This document shows, piece after piece, positions 28,072 to 36,860 of a stretch of DNA of 64,000 nucleotides (position 1 is the stretch's first letter; every line of letters begins with the position of its first letter). The stretch is from positions 450-64,449 of the forward strand of contig CAIYES010000104.1 in assembly GCA_903925275.1 (NCBI GenBank). The letters are read 5' to 3'. The notes under the pieces were generated by a model. It worked only from the letters and a program-made list of their open reading frames with translations, was not told where the DNA came from and searched no databases. A program made the position numbers and the translations under genes. This DNA is from an uncultured Bacteroidales bacterium. Lineage in GTDB: Bacteria; Bacteroidota; Bacteroidia; Bacteroidales; FEN-979.

Positions 28072-28108
28072 GGCAACGCGATTTTAATCCCAAAAATAAA
28101 AAACCAGT

Positions 28109-28747
28109 ATGGGTGAAATAATTGTTGAGGAAAAAGGGAAAAAAGGCGGAAAGCGCCAGGCGAAGAAACACAGCACCCGCATCGATATGACCCCCATGGT
28201 CGACCTGATGTGTTTGCTCATCACCTTCTTCATGCTTACTACTGCTTTTAGCAAGCCCAAGGTCATGGTGATTACCATGCCTGAAAAGGATCCTAAGGAT
28301 AAACCAGAAAATCAGCCTCAGATCGCCGCTTTCAGAACACTGAATATTGTTCTGACAGAAGGCAGCAAAGTCTATTATTACATTGGCCTCGCTGATCCGA
28401 AAAAACCACCCTTGCCCGAACTCGTTAAAACAGATTTCAGCAAAGATGGTATCCGCAAAATCCTCCTGTTGAAAAACAAGGATTTGTTTACCAAAATTGC
28501 CGAATACCGTGATAAAAGGGTGACCGGAAAGACGGTTGTGGCCGATACAACAGCAGATGCAGCGATCAAGAAATTCAAAAAGGAAGATAACAAGGGACCG
28601 ATCGTACTAATCAAAGCTGATGATAAAGCAAAGTATAAGGACATTGTGAACATCATCGACGAAATGGCTATCTGCAACATTGCCAGTTATGCTGTTGTGG
28701 ATATGTCGCCAGTCGAAACAGAGATGTTGAAAAATGCCCCGAAATAA
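28109..28747 (+). CDS. exbD: ExbD/TolR biopolymer transport protein (second copy)
   Basis: IDMTPMVDLMCLLITFFMLT. Paralogue of the preceding gene. Confidence 0.88.
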   Translation: MGEIIVEEKGKKGGKRQAKKHSTRIDMTPMVDLMCLLITFFMLTTAFSKPKVMVITMPEKDPKDKPENQPQIAAFRTLNIVLTEGSKVYYYIGLADPKKPPLPELVKTDFSKDGIRKILLLKNKDLFTKIAEYRDKRVTGKTVVADTTADAAIKKFKKEDNKGPIVLIKADDKAKYKDIVNIIDEMAICNIASYAVVDMSPVETEMLKNAPK

Positions 28748-28784
28748 TAAGAGATGTCGAGTATAACACTTAAAAAAATAGTGT

Positions 28785-29567
28785 ATGGCAATTGAAAAAC
28801 AGCATGTAGAATCGCTGGAGGATATTGTTTTCAAGAACAGGAACCATGCGTATGGATCGTATTACCTGCGCAAAAGGTACAGGAAATATGTTACCATCTC
28901 CATGATCTTTGGTTTCGTTCTGATAGGCGCTGTTGTGGCCTATCCCCTGATCAATGCCTATATCAATAAAAGCAGGCTGATCAAGGAAAAGGAAAGAGAA
29001 ATCGGGGTTGAAATGCGGGATGTACGCAAGGAAGAAGCTCCACCTCCACCACCGCCCCCTCCACCACCCGAAGCCATGGTTGAAAAGGTGAAATTTACCG
29101 CCCCTGTAGTCGTGGAAGATTCAACGATTGAAACCGGTCTTACCTCCATGGATGATCTGAATAAAAAAGGCAATGTTGAAGCACCCCCTGAAGAAACTCA
29201 GGTGGAAATTAAAGACGAAGGCCCCAAAGTCATTGAAACACCCGTTCAGGCTGAAATTTTTACAGTGGTTGAAGAACAACCCAGCTATCCGGGAGGCGAA
29301 GAGGCACGTATAGGATACCTTCAGCAAAACATCAAATACCCCGAAGAAGCCAAGGAATTGGGTATCCAGGGTAAAGTGTTCGTAACCTTTGTGGTTGAAG
29401 TCGACGGCTCAATTACCGATGTGCGCGTACTCCGCGGCATTGGCGGGGGTTGCGACGAAGAAGCCATCCGCGTGGTGAAGTCAATGCCCAAATGGGTTCC
29501 TGGCAAACAACGCGGCGTTCCGGTCAGGGTTCAGTTTAACTTACCGATCAAGTTTACCTTACAGTAA
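28785..29567 (+). CDS. tonB: Energy transducer TonB
   Basis: N-terminal TM helix, poly-proline spacer EEAPPPPPPPPPPE, and a C-terminal TonB domain (PSYPGGEEA...GIQGKVFVTFVVEVDGSITDVRVLRG). Confidence 0.9.
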   Translation: MAIEKQHVESLEDIVFKNRNHAYGSYYLRKRYRKYVTISMIFGFVLIGAVVAYPLINAYINKSRLIKEKEREIGVEMRDVRKEEAPPPPPPPPPPEAMVEKVKFTAPVVVEDSTIETGLTSMDDLNKKGNVEAPPEETQVEIKDEGPKVIETPVQAEIFTVVEEQPSYPGGEEARIGYLQQNIKYPEEAKELGIQGKVFVTFVVEVDGSITDVRVLRGIGGGCDEEAIRVVKSMPKWVPGKQRGVPVRVQFNLPIKFTLQ

Positions 29568-29592
29568 ACGCAATACGTCAAACGTGAAAAAA

Positions 29593-29623
29593 GGCGGTTC
29601 CGGTTATCGGGATCGCCTTTTTT
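29593..29623 (+). terminator. Intrinsic terminator after tonB
   Basis: 10-bp stem (GGCGGTTCCG / CGGGATCGCC, two G-U pairs), 5-nt loop, then TTTTTT. An A-run precedes the stem. Confidence 0.6.
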
Positions 29624-29752
29624 GTAGTAACTCATTTGTCTGCAATAAATGGAAGAAATCATCTGATGAAAACTTGGCTTCAAACTTGACATCGGTTAAA
29701 TATTATTCTACCTTCGCATCACTTTATTTTAAAAAACCAAAACGAAAAAGCA

Positions 29753-30448
29753 ATGGATGAAAATGTTGATACCCCGGTTAAGGATGTTAAAGTACCTGCT
29801 TCCCTTGCCGTGATCTCTCTTTCACAGGCTATTCTTGCTCCATTGGATGCACTTTTTAAAGCGCAGGTGCATGCAGCCAGAAGTTTCCTGAACCTGGTGC
29901 TGCAAATCGGATATCCAAACCTCGAATGTGATAAAAACGGAACACCGATTATTACCCCTCATGTCCAGCTTGATGAAAAAGGAAACCCGGTCAGTACCGG
30001 TCCGGAAACAAAGCCAAAGTCGGTTTATACCCAGGATTTTTTCATGACCGACCAGGATGGAAACAGGATGAAGATTTCAATACCCGCGCTTGCATTGGTT
30101 CCCATTATACCACTTACAATCGATAATGCCAGTTTTAAACTCAATTTTAAAGTGGAAAACAATGGGGCTCATACGCAGATGCAGGAGTCAGAAAAAGCAG
30201 TAACCGATCGTGAAAAGCTAAATGGCAGCGGTTGGGACGAAAACAAACGACCATGGTATCTCGTCTCAGAACCTGTATCTTTCAGGGGAAATGTGGCGCC
30301 ACCGGCTTACGATAAAACGGAATCATCCCAAAGTTCCTCAAGCGTAATTAACATCGAAATTAACCTTTGCCGGCAGCCGCTTCCTGCCGGGCTTGATAAA
30401 TTATTGTCAGCCCTTCCGCAAGCAACCAAGATTACACACGAAGAATAG
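29753..30448 (+). CDS. DUF2589-like protein (paralogue 1)
   Basis: SQAILAPLDALFKAQVHAA, ISIPALALVPIIPLTIDNASFKLNFKV, SSQSSSS and PAGLDKLLSAL. All four are shared with the next gene. No signal peptide or TM helix. Confidence 0.6.
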   Translation: MDENVDTPVKDVKVPASLAVISLSQAILAPLDALFKAQVHAARSFLNLVLQIGYPNLECDKNGTPIITPHVQLDEKGNPVSTGPETKPKSVYTQDFFMTDQDGNRMKISIPALALVPIIPLTIDNASFKLNFKVENNGAHTQMQESEKAVTDREKLNGSGWDENKRPWYLVSEPVSFRGNVAPPAYDKTESSQSSSSVINIEINLCRQPLPAGLDKLLSALPQATKITHEE

Positions 30449-30479
30449 TTTTCAATTATAAAATTTAAAAATCGATAGT

Positions 30480-31025
30480 ATGGCAAACGAAATCGTTCCC
30501 GCAGCCGAATTCCAATCTCTTCCATTGGAATTCATTATTTCAGCTCCTTTATTAGGTGTGATCAAGGCACAGGCAGTTGCCGCCCAGGCAACGCTTGATT
30601 TTATCAATGCCTTTAAATCCCAAACAGTTGAATTTGAAAATGTAACGACCTCTACGGCAAAAGGCGACGCCTCGGAACAAAAAATTACGGTGAAGGCCCC
30701 GTTGCTGGCAATGACACCGGTACCCCACATCCGGATTGACTCCTTTACCGCACATTTTAAATATGAGATAAGCCAGGTTGTTTCCGAGAAAAAATCATTG
30801 GATATGGGCGTCAGCCTGGAGGCAGGCACCACCGGTATATTGGCAAGCTTTGTCAAAGCATCGTTGAAAGGAAATGTGTCAAGCCAATCTTCCTCTGAAT
30901 CGGTGATGAACCGCAGCGGTGTTCTGGAAATCACAGTACACGCCAGCGAAGCTCCTATCCCTGAGGGTCTGGCAAGGATACTTAACCTTTTGTCTAAAAC
31001 AATTCCGGCCGAGACCAAAGAATAA
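30480..31025 (+). CDS. DUF2589-like protein (paralogue 2)
   Basis: ISAPLLGVIKAQAVAAQ, VKAPLLAMTPVPHIRIDSFTAHFKYEI, SSQSSSES and PEGLARILNLL. Chosen over the fully overlapping antisense ORF because of the paralogy and the operon context. Confidence 0.6.
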   Translation: MANEIVPAAEFQSLPLEFIISAPLLGVIKAQAVAAQATLDFINAFKSQTVEFENVTTSTAKGDASEQKITVKAPLLAMTPVPHIRIDSFTAHFKYEISQVVSEKKSLDMGVSLEAGTTGILASFVKASLKGNVSSQSSSESVMNRSGVLEITVHASEAPIPEGLARILNLLSKTIPAETKE

Positions 31026-31438
31026 TGCCGTCCTATCTGACACTGCAGAAGATCAGCCAGAACCTGCTTTCTGAGCTTTTACGTTCCAGAACGGATTTTC
31101 TGCTGCATCAATCTGCCATGTGGCAGGAAATAAATGATGCGGCGAAGGTTAACACGGTTTTTGTTAAACCCGAAAGTCTGGATGTTTACCATACAAAATT
31201 TGAGTTTTTCATGGTACAAAAAGTACCTAACCTTTTTATCAGGATAATAAACTGGTTTCGGAAAACCAACAAGTTGGATCCTCGTTTCAGGATATGCAGC
31301 ATGGATGAAAATAACAGGATAAAAGTAACCATAGCCGTCCGGCTTCAATCTGATAAACAGCTTATCCCCGAGATTACCACAGAGCCTGAAATAGCGTTAA
31401 AACCCCCGGAAACTTATGTCACTGGTATTGCTGTCTGA
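31025..31438 (+). CDS. Hypothetical protein (no family recognised)
   Basis: 137-aa ORF. Its start overlaps the upstream stop (TAATG at 31023-31027), implying translational coupling. Confidence 0.5.
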   Translation: MPSYLTLQKISQNLLSELLRSRTDFLLHQSAMWQEINDAAKVNTVFVKPESLDVYHTKFEFFMVQKVPNLFIRIINWFRKTNKLDPRFRICSMDENNRIKVTIAVRLQSDKQLIPEITTEPEIALKPPETYVTGIAV

Positions 31439-32618
31439 TGGTTGGAAACAATTTGGAGAAGGTCGCCGCTGGCGATGCAGTTCTCCTTTGTGGTATTGTG
31501 AGGTCGACCGCGAAAGAAACAGTCCTTCATACATGAATTTAATCCCCTCCGTTAACCTGGTTCGACGGGTAAGGGCATTTTATCAACAAAAGAGTTTTTC
31601 GGCCCTTGCCGATGAACATGGCACCATCCCTGATATTCTCACGGCCAATGCCATGACCGAATCTTTTGGAACCGTTCCTACGCCATTCAGCAAGGGAGAG
31701 TTGATCAATGTTTTCAAAGGATCAAAGCAGACGGACCAGCGTTTGGCCTTGGCCGATGTTGCCGATTACATTGGTTCAAAGGCAAAATTTCTGATAAGAA
31801 AAGAACCAGGCTATTCCGATCCGGTTTCCACACCCGATAAGATATCCGTCGGGGCACATCACATGCTGTTGTCGACCGCCATTGATACATTGAACCTGCC
31901 TGCAGGCAGCGACAAAACAAAAACAGATTCAATCACCCGGCTCATCGTCGATCTGGCCTCCGATTCGGTATTTGCGGCTGAACTGGCGTTGCGATACTTC
32001 CAGAAACGGTATGCAAAACATCAGTTGGAGCCACCGTTAATGGCTGCCATCTACAATGCGGGTTCACTCAGGCCCAGCGCTAAAAGTCCCTGGAATCTTT
32101 ATCAATTCGGGGAACATGTCGACCGGTGGGTAGCATATTACAACACTTCACGAAATATCGCACTTGGGCAGCCCGCCAAGGCCACTGTTTCAGACCTGCC
32201 AGGAACACCTCCGGCGCTTGAGCTGACAGTACTCCGCAAAGAGTTTACCGAGCGCAGTACCATCGGGGAGCTGTTTATTGATGGAGCATCGCATTGTTAT
32301 ACACTTGAAGATAAAGTACGGCCTGACGGAACAAAAATTTATGGTGAAACGGCCATTCCTAATGGAAGATATGAGGTGCTGGTCAATTTTTCTGAGCATT
32401 TTAAAAAAGAGATGCCGTTGCTGGTGAATGTTCCGAATTTCGACGGGGTGAGAATCCATGGTGGCAATACTGCTGCCGATACCCTCGGATGTATTCTGGT
32501 TGGACGCTTAAAAGGGGAAGACAGGATTTCGGATTGCAAAACTGTCTTTAACAGTCTTCTGGAAAAGATAAAAAGTGCCATTCCATCCAAAAAATGCTTT
32601 ATCACCATCAAATCCTGA
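31416..32618 (+). CDS. Peptidoglycan-acting fusion protein
   Basis: N-terminal lytic-transglycosylase-like domain fused to a C-terminal DUF5675-like domain. AMTESFG and AAIYNAGS resemble family-1 lytic transglycosylase motifs. The C-terminal STIGELFIDG...CYTLED...IPNGRYEV...VRIHGGNTAADTLGCILVG matches DUF5675 as I recall it. Alternative start at ATG 31533. Confidence 0.65.
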   Translation: MSLVLLSDGWKQFGEGRRWRCSSPLWYCEVDRERNSPSYMNLIPSVNLVRRVRAFYQQKSFSALADEHGTIPDILTANAMTESFGTVPTPFSKGELINVFKGSKQTDQRLALADVADYIGSKAKFLIRKEPGYSDPVSTPDKISVGAHHMLLSTAIDTLNLPAGSDKTKTDSITRLIVDLASDSVFAAELALRYFQKRYAKHQLEPPLMAAIYNAGSLRPSAKSPWNLYQFGEHVDRWVAYYNTSRNIALGQPAKATVSDLPGTPPALELTVLRKEFTERSTIGELFIDGASHCYTLEDKVRPDGTKIYGETAIPNGRYEVLVNFSEHFKKEMPLLVNVPNFDGVRIHGGNTAADTLGCILVGRLKGEDRISDCKTVFNSLLEKIKSAIPSKKCFITIKS

Positions 32619-32701
32619 CCGTAATTCTACGATGGCTCAATCACCGGCTGCAAGTATTTTTATGGACATAAAACAGCAGAAACGGCAAAAACAATAAATT
32701 G

Positions 32702-33934
32702 TCAGGCAGTAAAAACCGGCAAGGTAAATTTGAACTGACTCCCTTTTCCTGGTTCGCTTTCCACGTGGATAATCCCGCCGTTTTTCTCGATAAACTCTTT
32801 GCAAAGAATCAATCCCAGGCCGGTACCTGATTCTTCGGCCGTACCTTTGGAGTAAACTTTTGTGTCGATCCGGAATAACTTTTCAATGTCTTTCTGTTGA
32901 ATGCCAATACCGTTATCTTCAATTGTAAACTCATGATAACCATCCGTTATTCTTGAATAAACGGAGACAAAGCCACCAGTCTTGGTAAATTTGATAGCAT
33001 TGGAAACAAGGTTTCGGAAAACGGCTGAAACCATGTTGCTATCGGCGAGTACAACACAATCGTTGGGTATTGTGCAGGACATCGTAATATTTTTCTTGGT
33101 GGCTTCTCCCGAGAGTATTATCAGGGTGGAATTGATGATGTCGGATATGTTGATGGCTCCGGGATTAAACTGGATGCTGTTTGTTTGCGACCTGGCCCAA
33201 TCGAGGAGATTGCCCAGCAAGGTATAAGCATTCATTGCGGAATCATAAATGTAACCGATATATTCACTGATCTCCTTGAGTTCGAGTTCGAAAATGTTTT
33301 CACGCAGGACATTGGAAAAACCGATCACGGCATTGAACGGATTGCGGAGGTCGTGGGCAATGATGGAAAAGAACTTATCTTTGGCAGCATTGGCCTCTCT
33401 GAGTTTCGTTTCAGATTCCTGCAAAGCAGTTTCGGCTTTCTTACGATCTTCAATTTCAATGTTAAGTTTCCGGTTGATATTCTGAAGCTCAATTGTGCGC
33501 AACTGAACCTTCTTGTCGAGTTCGCTGTTGATGTTACGTTCACGGCCAAGAAAACGCAGGTACATGTTCAACGTATGAACGATCTGCACATCGTCGATGG
33601 GCTTGGTAAGATAGTCAAGGCCCCCGGCATTAAGGCCTTTTGCCATCAGATTTTTATTGGGATCGAACGCTGTGATAAAAATCACCGGAATATGGGCCGT
33701 TTTCGGCCGCGAACGCACAAGTTTGGCCGTTTCGAAGCCATCCATTTCGGGCATTTGAACATCCATCAGGCAAAGATCGATGGGTTGTTCGTTGATGATG
33801 CGCAAAGCTTCAAAACCAGACGTTGCCTCAATAACCTCAACCGGGAAGTTATCTTTGATCAGCTCGTGCAATGAAAAAAGGTTGTTCGAGTTGTCATCAA
33901 CGATCAGAATCGTGTGTTTTTCTGTTTTTTCCAT
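32702..33934 (-). CDS. Receiver-domain histidine kinase (REC-coiled coil-HisKA-HATPase)
   Basis: REC (ILIVDDNSNN...LMDVQMPEMDG...LTKP), H-box IAHDLRNPFN, N-box NLVSNAIKFT, G-box GTGLGLILC. Confidence 0.9.
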   Translation of the reverse strand: MEKTEKHTILIVDDNSNNLFSLHELIKDNFPVEVIEATSGFEALRIINEQPIDLCLMDVQMPEMDGFETAKLVRSRPKTAHIPVIFITAFDPNKNLMAKGLNAGGLDYLTKPIDDVQIVHTLNMYLRFLGRERNINSELDKKVQLRTIELQNINRKLNIEIEDRKKAETALQESETKLREANAAKDKFFSIIAHDLRNPFNAVIGFSNVLRENIFELELKEISEYIGYIYDSAMNAYTLLGNLLDWARSQTNSIQFNPGAINISDIINSTLIILSGEATKKNITMSCTIPNDCVVLADSNMVSAVFRNLVSNAIKFTKTGGFVSVYSRITDGYHEFTIEDNGIGIQQKDIEKLFRIDTKVYSKGTAEESGTGLGLILCKEFIEKNGGIIHVESEPGKGSQFKFTLPVFTA

Positions 33935-33942
33935 GATGATAG

Positions 33943-35157
33943 TTAGTTGAATAGCGCAGTTTCAGGTATTGAAACGGTAAAGGTACTTCCCACGCCCAGT
34001 TCGCTTTCCACCCGGATCTTCCCTGCATTTTTTTCAACAAACTCTTTGCAGAGGATCAACCCCAGTCCGGTTCCCTGTTCACCTTCGGTGCCATAAGATA
34101 CCACATTGCAATCAATGCAAAATAGTTTTTTAAAAGTTTCAGGACTTATTCCGATGCCATTGTCGGTTACTGAAATTTCAACCACATGGTCGATATTCCT
34201 GGCGGATAATACGATTCTTCCGCCGCTCCTTGTAAATTTAACGGCATTTAAAAGTAAATTCCGGATGACCGTGTTAATCATGTTTTTATCGGCAAAAACA
34301 CGGATATCTGCAGGGACATCCGACTCCAGTAAAATGTTTTTATTGCCTGCCGATATTTTTACCAGGTCAACGATTTCCCGGGTTGTGGATGCGAGCATAA
34401 ATTGCGTTGGTTCAAAATGGATCTTGCCGATTTGGGTTTGTGACCATTCTAGCAGGTTTTGCAATAGCCTGAATGTGTTTTCGGCAGTCGTTTTGATATC
34501 CAGGATGAACTCTTTTTGCTGTTCAACCGGGAAACTGTCAAAATCATCGATAAGCAGACTGCTCAGTCCGATGATGCCGTTGAAGGGATTCTTCAGGTCA
34601 TGCGCGATGATTGAAAAGAATTTATCCTTGGAGGCATTGGTGGCTTTCAATTCATTTTGTGAGATATATAAACTGAGTTCTGTGGCCTTTCGTTCTTCAA
34701 TTTCTTCAATGAGTTTCTGGTTTAGTTCACGGAGATGCATGTTCATCAGGTATTCGTGTTTGATGAATCGCAGGTACATTTTGAGCCTGTAAACCAGTTG
34801 GTTGTCATCGATCGGCTTTGTGAGATAATCGAATCCGCCGGCAGCGATTCCCTTTTCAAGCAGTTTTTGGGTCGGGTCGAAAGCAGAGATAAAAATGATC
34901 GGTATGTTGGTTGTCCTGGGCCTGTTTTTAATAAGGCGTGCTGTTTCAAATCCATCCATGCCAGGCATCATCACATCCATGAGCACCAGATCAATGGTGC
35001 GATCATTTAAAATCCGCAAGACTTGTTCCCCTGATGTGGCCTCAATGATATTGGCTTCAAATTGCGATTCGATCAAACTGCGCAAAGTAAAAATATTATG
35101 TTCAATATCATCAACAATGAGGATATCGGGAATAAAGTTCACTTCCATTTTAATCAT
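33943..35157 (-). CDS. Receiver-domain histidine kinase, paralogue of 32702-33934
   Basis: Same architecture (ILIVDDIEHN...LMDVMMPGMDG, IAHDLKNPFN, NLLLNAVKFT, GTGLGLILC). 4-nt overlap with the upstream CheB-CheR gene. Confidence 0.9.
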   Translation of the reverse strand: MIKMEVNFIPDILIVDDIEHNIFTLRSLIESQFEANIIEATSGEQVLRILNDRTIDLVLMDVMMPGMDGFETARLIKNRPRTTNIPIIFISAFDPTQKLLEKGIAAGGFDYLTKPIDDNQLVYRLKMYLRFIKHEYLMNMHLRELNQKLIEEIEERKATELSLYISQNELKATNASKDKFFSIIAHDLKNPFNGIIGLSSLLIDDFDSFPVEQQKEFILDIKTTAENTFRLLQNLLEWSQTQIGKIHFEPTQFMLASTTREIVDLVKISAGNKNILLESDVPADIRVFADKNMINTVIRNLLLNAVKFTRSGGRIVLSARNIDHVVEISVTDNGIGISPETFKKLFCIDCNVVSYGTEGEQGTGLGLILCKEFVEKNAGKIRVESELGVGSTFTVSIPETALFN

Positions 35158-36860
35158 ATTATTTTCTTGAAAATTTTATTTGATTTATCAAAAACCTGAA
35201 ATCCGATAGGATAGGAGCCAATGCTTTCGCTTTCGCCCAGCACCAGAAATCCATTCATGTCAAGCGACCGGAAAAAGAGGTCGAGAACGGCGCTTTGCAG
35301 GCTCTGATCGAAGTAAATAAGCACATTGCGGCAAAGAATCAGGTGAAATTCATTAAATGCACCTTTGTTAAGCAAACTATGCTGGAAGAAAAGGATTTTA
35401 TCCTTCAGGTGATTTCTGATCTGTGCATAACCGTCTTTAATGATGAAATAACTGTCAAAATCCTTGGTACCACCCGAAAGTATATAATTCGCACGGCTGT
35501 TTTCAATCATTTCAACAGAATACAGACCGTTTTGGGCTTCCTCCACAACGAATGGGTTAATATCCGAAGCGTAGATTTGCGACTTGTGCAATATCCCCAG
35601 TTCATCGAGGAGGATGGTTAATGTTATTGCTTCCTGCCCCGTTGAGCAACCGGCGCTCCATATTTTTATATGAGGGAATGAATCAAGGTAGGTAAGCACT
35701 TTTTCACGAATCGAAAGAAATGTCAGCGGGTTCCTGAAGAATTCGGTAATGTTGATGGAACATTCAAGAAACAGGTTCTCGAAAAGATCCTGATCCTGAA
35801 GAACCAATTCGCTGAAGCGCCGGAATGAGTATAAATGATGATCGGTCATGACCCGCGTGATTCGCCGTACGGCACTCTGGACACTATAATGACGGTAGTC
35901 GTACCCATAGTGCTCATTCAAATCAGCAAGAAAATGTTTCAGTTCGGTTTCGTCAATTTTAAGTTCTTCGGGCTCGATGATCCGTGCCAGAAAGGAGACC
36001 AGCTCCGGGAGTGGGAATTTATAATCAACCAAACCGGTTTTCCAGGCGCTGAGGGGAAGATCCTTGGCATCACAATCGTAAGGATCTTCAATAATCGTGA
36101 TCGCCTCCACCTGTTTAAGCAGCGGGAAAGCATTGGCGCCGTCTTCGCCATAACCGCATAGAAGCACCGCAATCAGTCCGCTTTTATATTCATGCGCCAG
36201 GGTTTCAAAGGTGATCTGAATGGAGGGCCTGGCAAAATTAACCTTCGCCTCCGCTGTAAGCCTGATCCTGCCATGGTCAATTTTCATGTGATGGGCCGGA
36301 GGCGCAATGTAGACACAACCGGGCTTGATGTGGATCTTATCGGTAACAGGAACCACTTTGAACTCGGTGTTTCGTTGCAGAATCTCTCCAAGATAATTGG
36401 GCTCATTTTCCAAGACATGCTGTATGATGAAGACACTGATATCCCTGGCAGGTAATTTTGCCATGATCTGCATGATTTTGTCAAGGCTCCCCGCCGAACC
36501 ACCCAGGGCAATGGCCCGGATCTTTTTCGATTCCCTCCCGTCGAGTGAATGCGAGTGCATCACATGACAGTGTATGCCAAGCCGGTAGAGGTATGAACCT
36601 AAATAGCGATGGAATACATTGATTTTTACTTTGATGTTTTTGTTAGCAGCAATGAATGATTTGATATAGGTCAAAACATCGGCAGGCAGAATTCTTGCAT
36701 CAAAAAAAGTCAATTCCACCTCCGTGTGGGGTGTCGGTTTTAATTCTGCAAAAAACGCATCCTTGTCAGTCTGAAACTGCATGTTTCCCTGGACTGAAAT
36801 ATGACGTGATTTAGCCGTTTCTACCGCATGTATATTCATCGCTATCCTTTTTTCTGACAC
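35154..36860 (-). CDS. CheB methylesterase/deamidase - CheR methyltransferase fusion protein
   Basis: CheB-like IALGGSAGSLDKI...VFIIQHV...YIAPPAHHM, followed by CheR-like INITEFFRNP and SAM-binding IWSAGCSTGQEAITL. The N-terminal ~110 aa are unassigned and there is no receiver domain. Overlaps the upstream kinase gene by 19 nt (alternative ATG at 36839). Confidence 0.85.
   Translation of the reverse strand: MSEKRIAMNIHAVETAKSRHISVQGNMQFQTDKDAFFAELKPTPHTEVELTFFDARILPADVLTYIKSFIAANKNIKVKINVFHRYLGSYLYRLGIHCHVMHSHSLDGRESKKIRAIALGGSAGSLDKIMQIMAKLPARDISVFIIQHVLENEPNYLGEILQRNTEFKVVPVTDKIHIKPGCVYIAPPAHHMKIDHGRIRLTAEAKVNFARPSIQITFETLAHEYKSGLIAVLLCGYGEDGANAFPLLKQVEAITIIEDPYDCDAKDLPLSAWKTGLVDYKFPLPELVSFLARIIEPEELKIDETELKHFLADLNEHYGYDYRHYSVQSAVRRITRVMTDHHLYSFRRFSELVLQDQDLFENLFLECSINITEFFRNPLTFLSIREKVLTYLDSFPHIKIWSAGCSTGQEAITLTILLDELGILHKSQIYASDINPFVVEEAQNGLYSVEMIENSRANYILSGGTKDFDSYFIIKDGYAQIRNHLKDKILFFQHSLLNKGAFNEFHLILCRNVLIYFDQSLQSAVLDLFFRSLDMNGFLVLGESESIGSYPIGFQVFDKSNKIFKKII

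Noticed and set aside
28958-29173. Antisense ORF with a poly-Gly run opposite tonB
   Set aside because: It is the mirror image of the TonB poly-proline spacer (CCN repeats read as GGN). It is not a gene.
30452-31018. 188-aa minus-strand ORF covering almost exactly the second DUF2589-like gene
   Set aside because: The + strand product is a clear paralogue of the upstream + strand gene and is translationally coupled to the next gene. The antisense product has no motifs and would be an isolated gene inside a co-directional cassette. Residual uncertainty is acknowledged.
29753-32618. Prophage or phage lysis module interpretation of the DUF2589/SLT-DUF5675 cassette
   Set aside because: No integrase, att-like repeats, capsid, portal, terminase, tail or holin genes are visible on either side, and the composition looks native. 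This is kept as a refutation route, not as the call.
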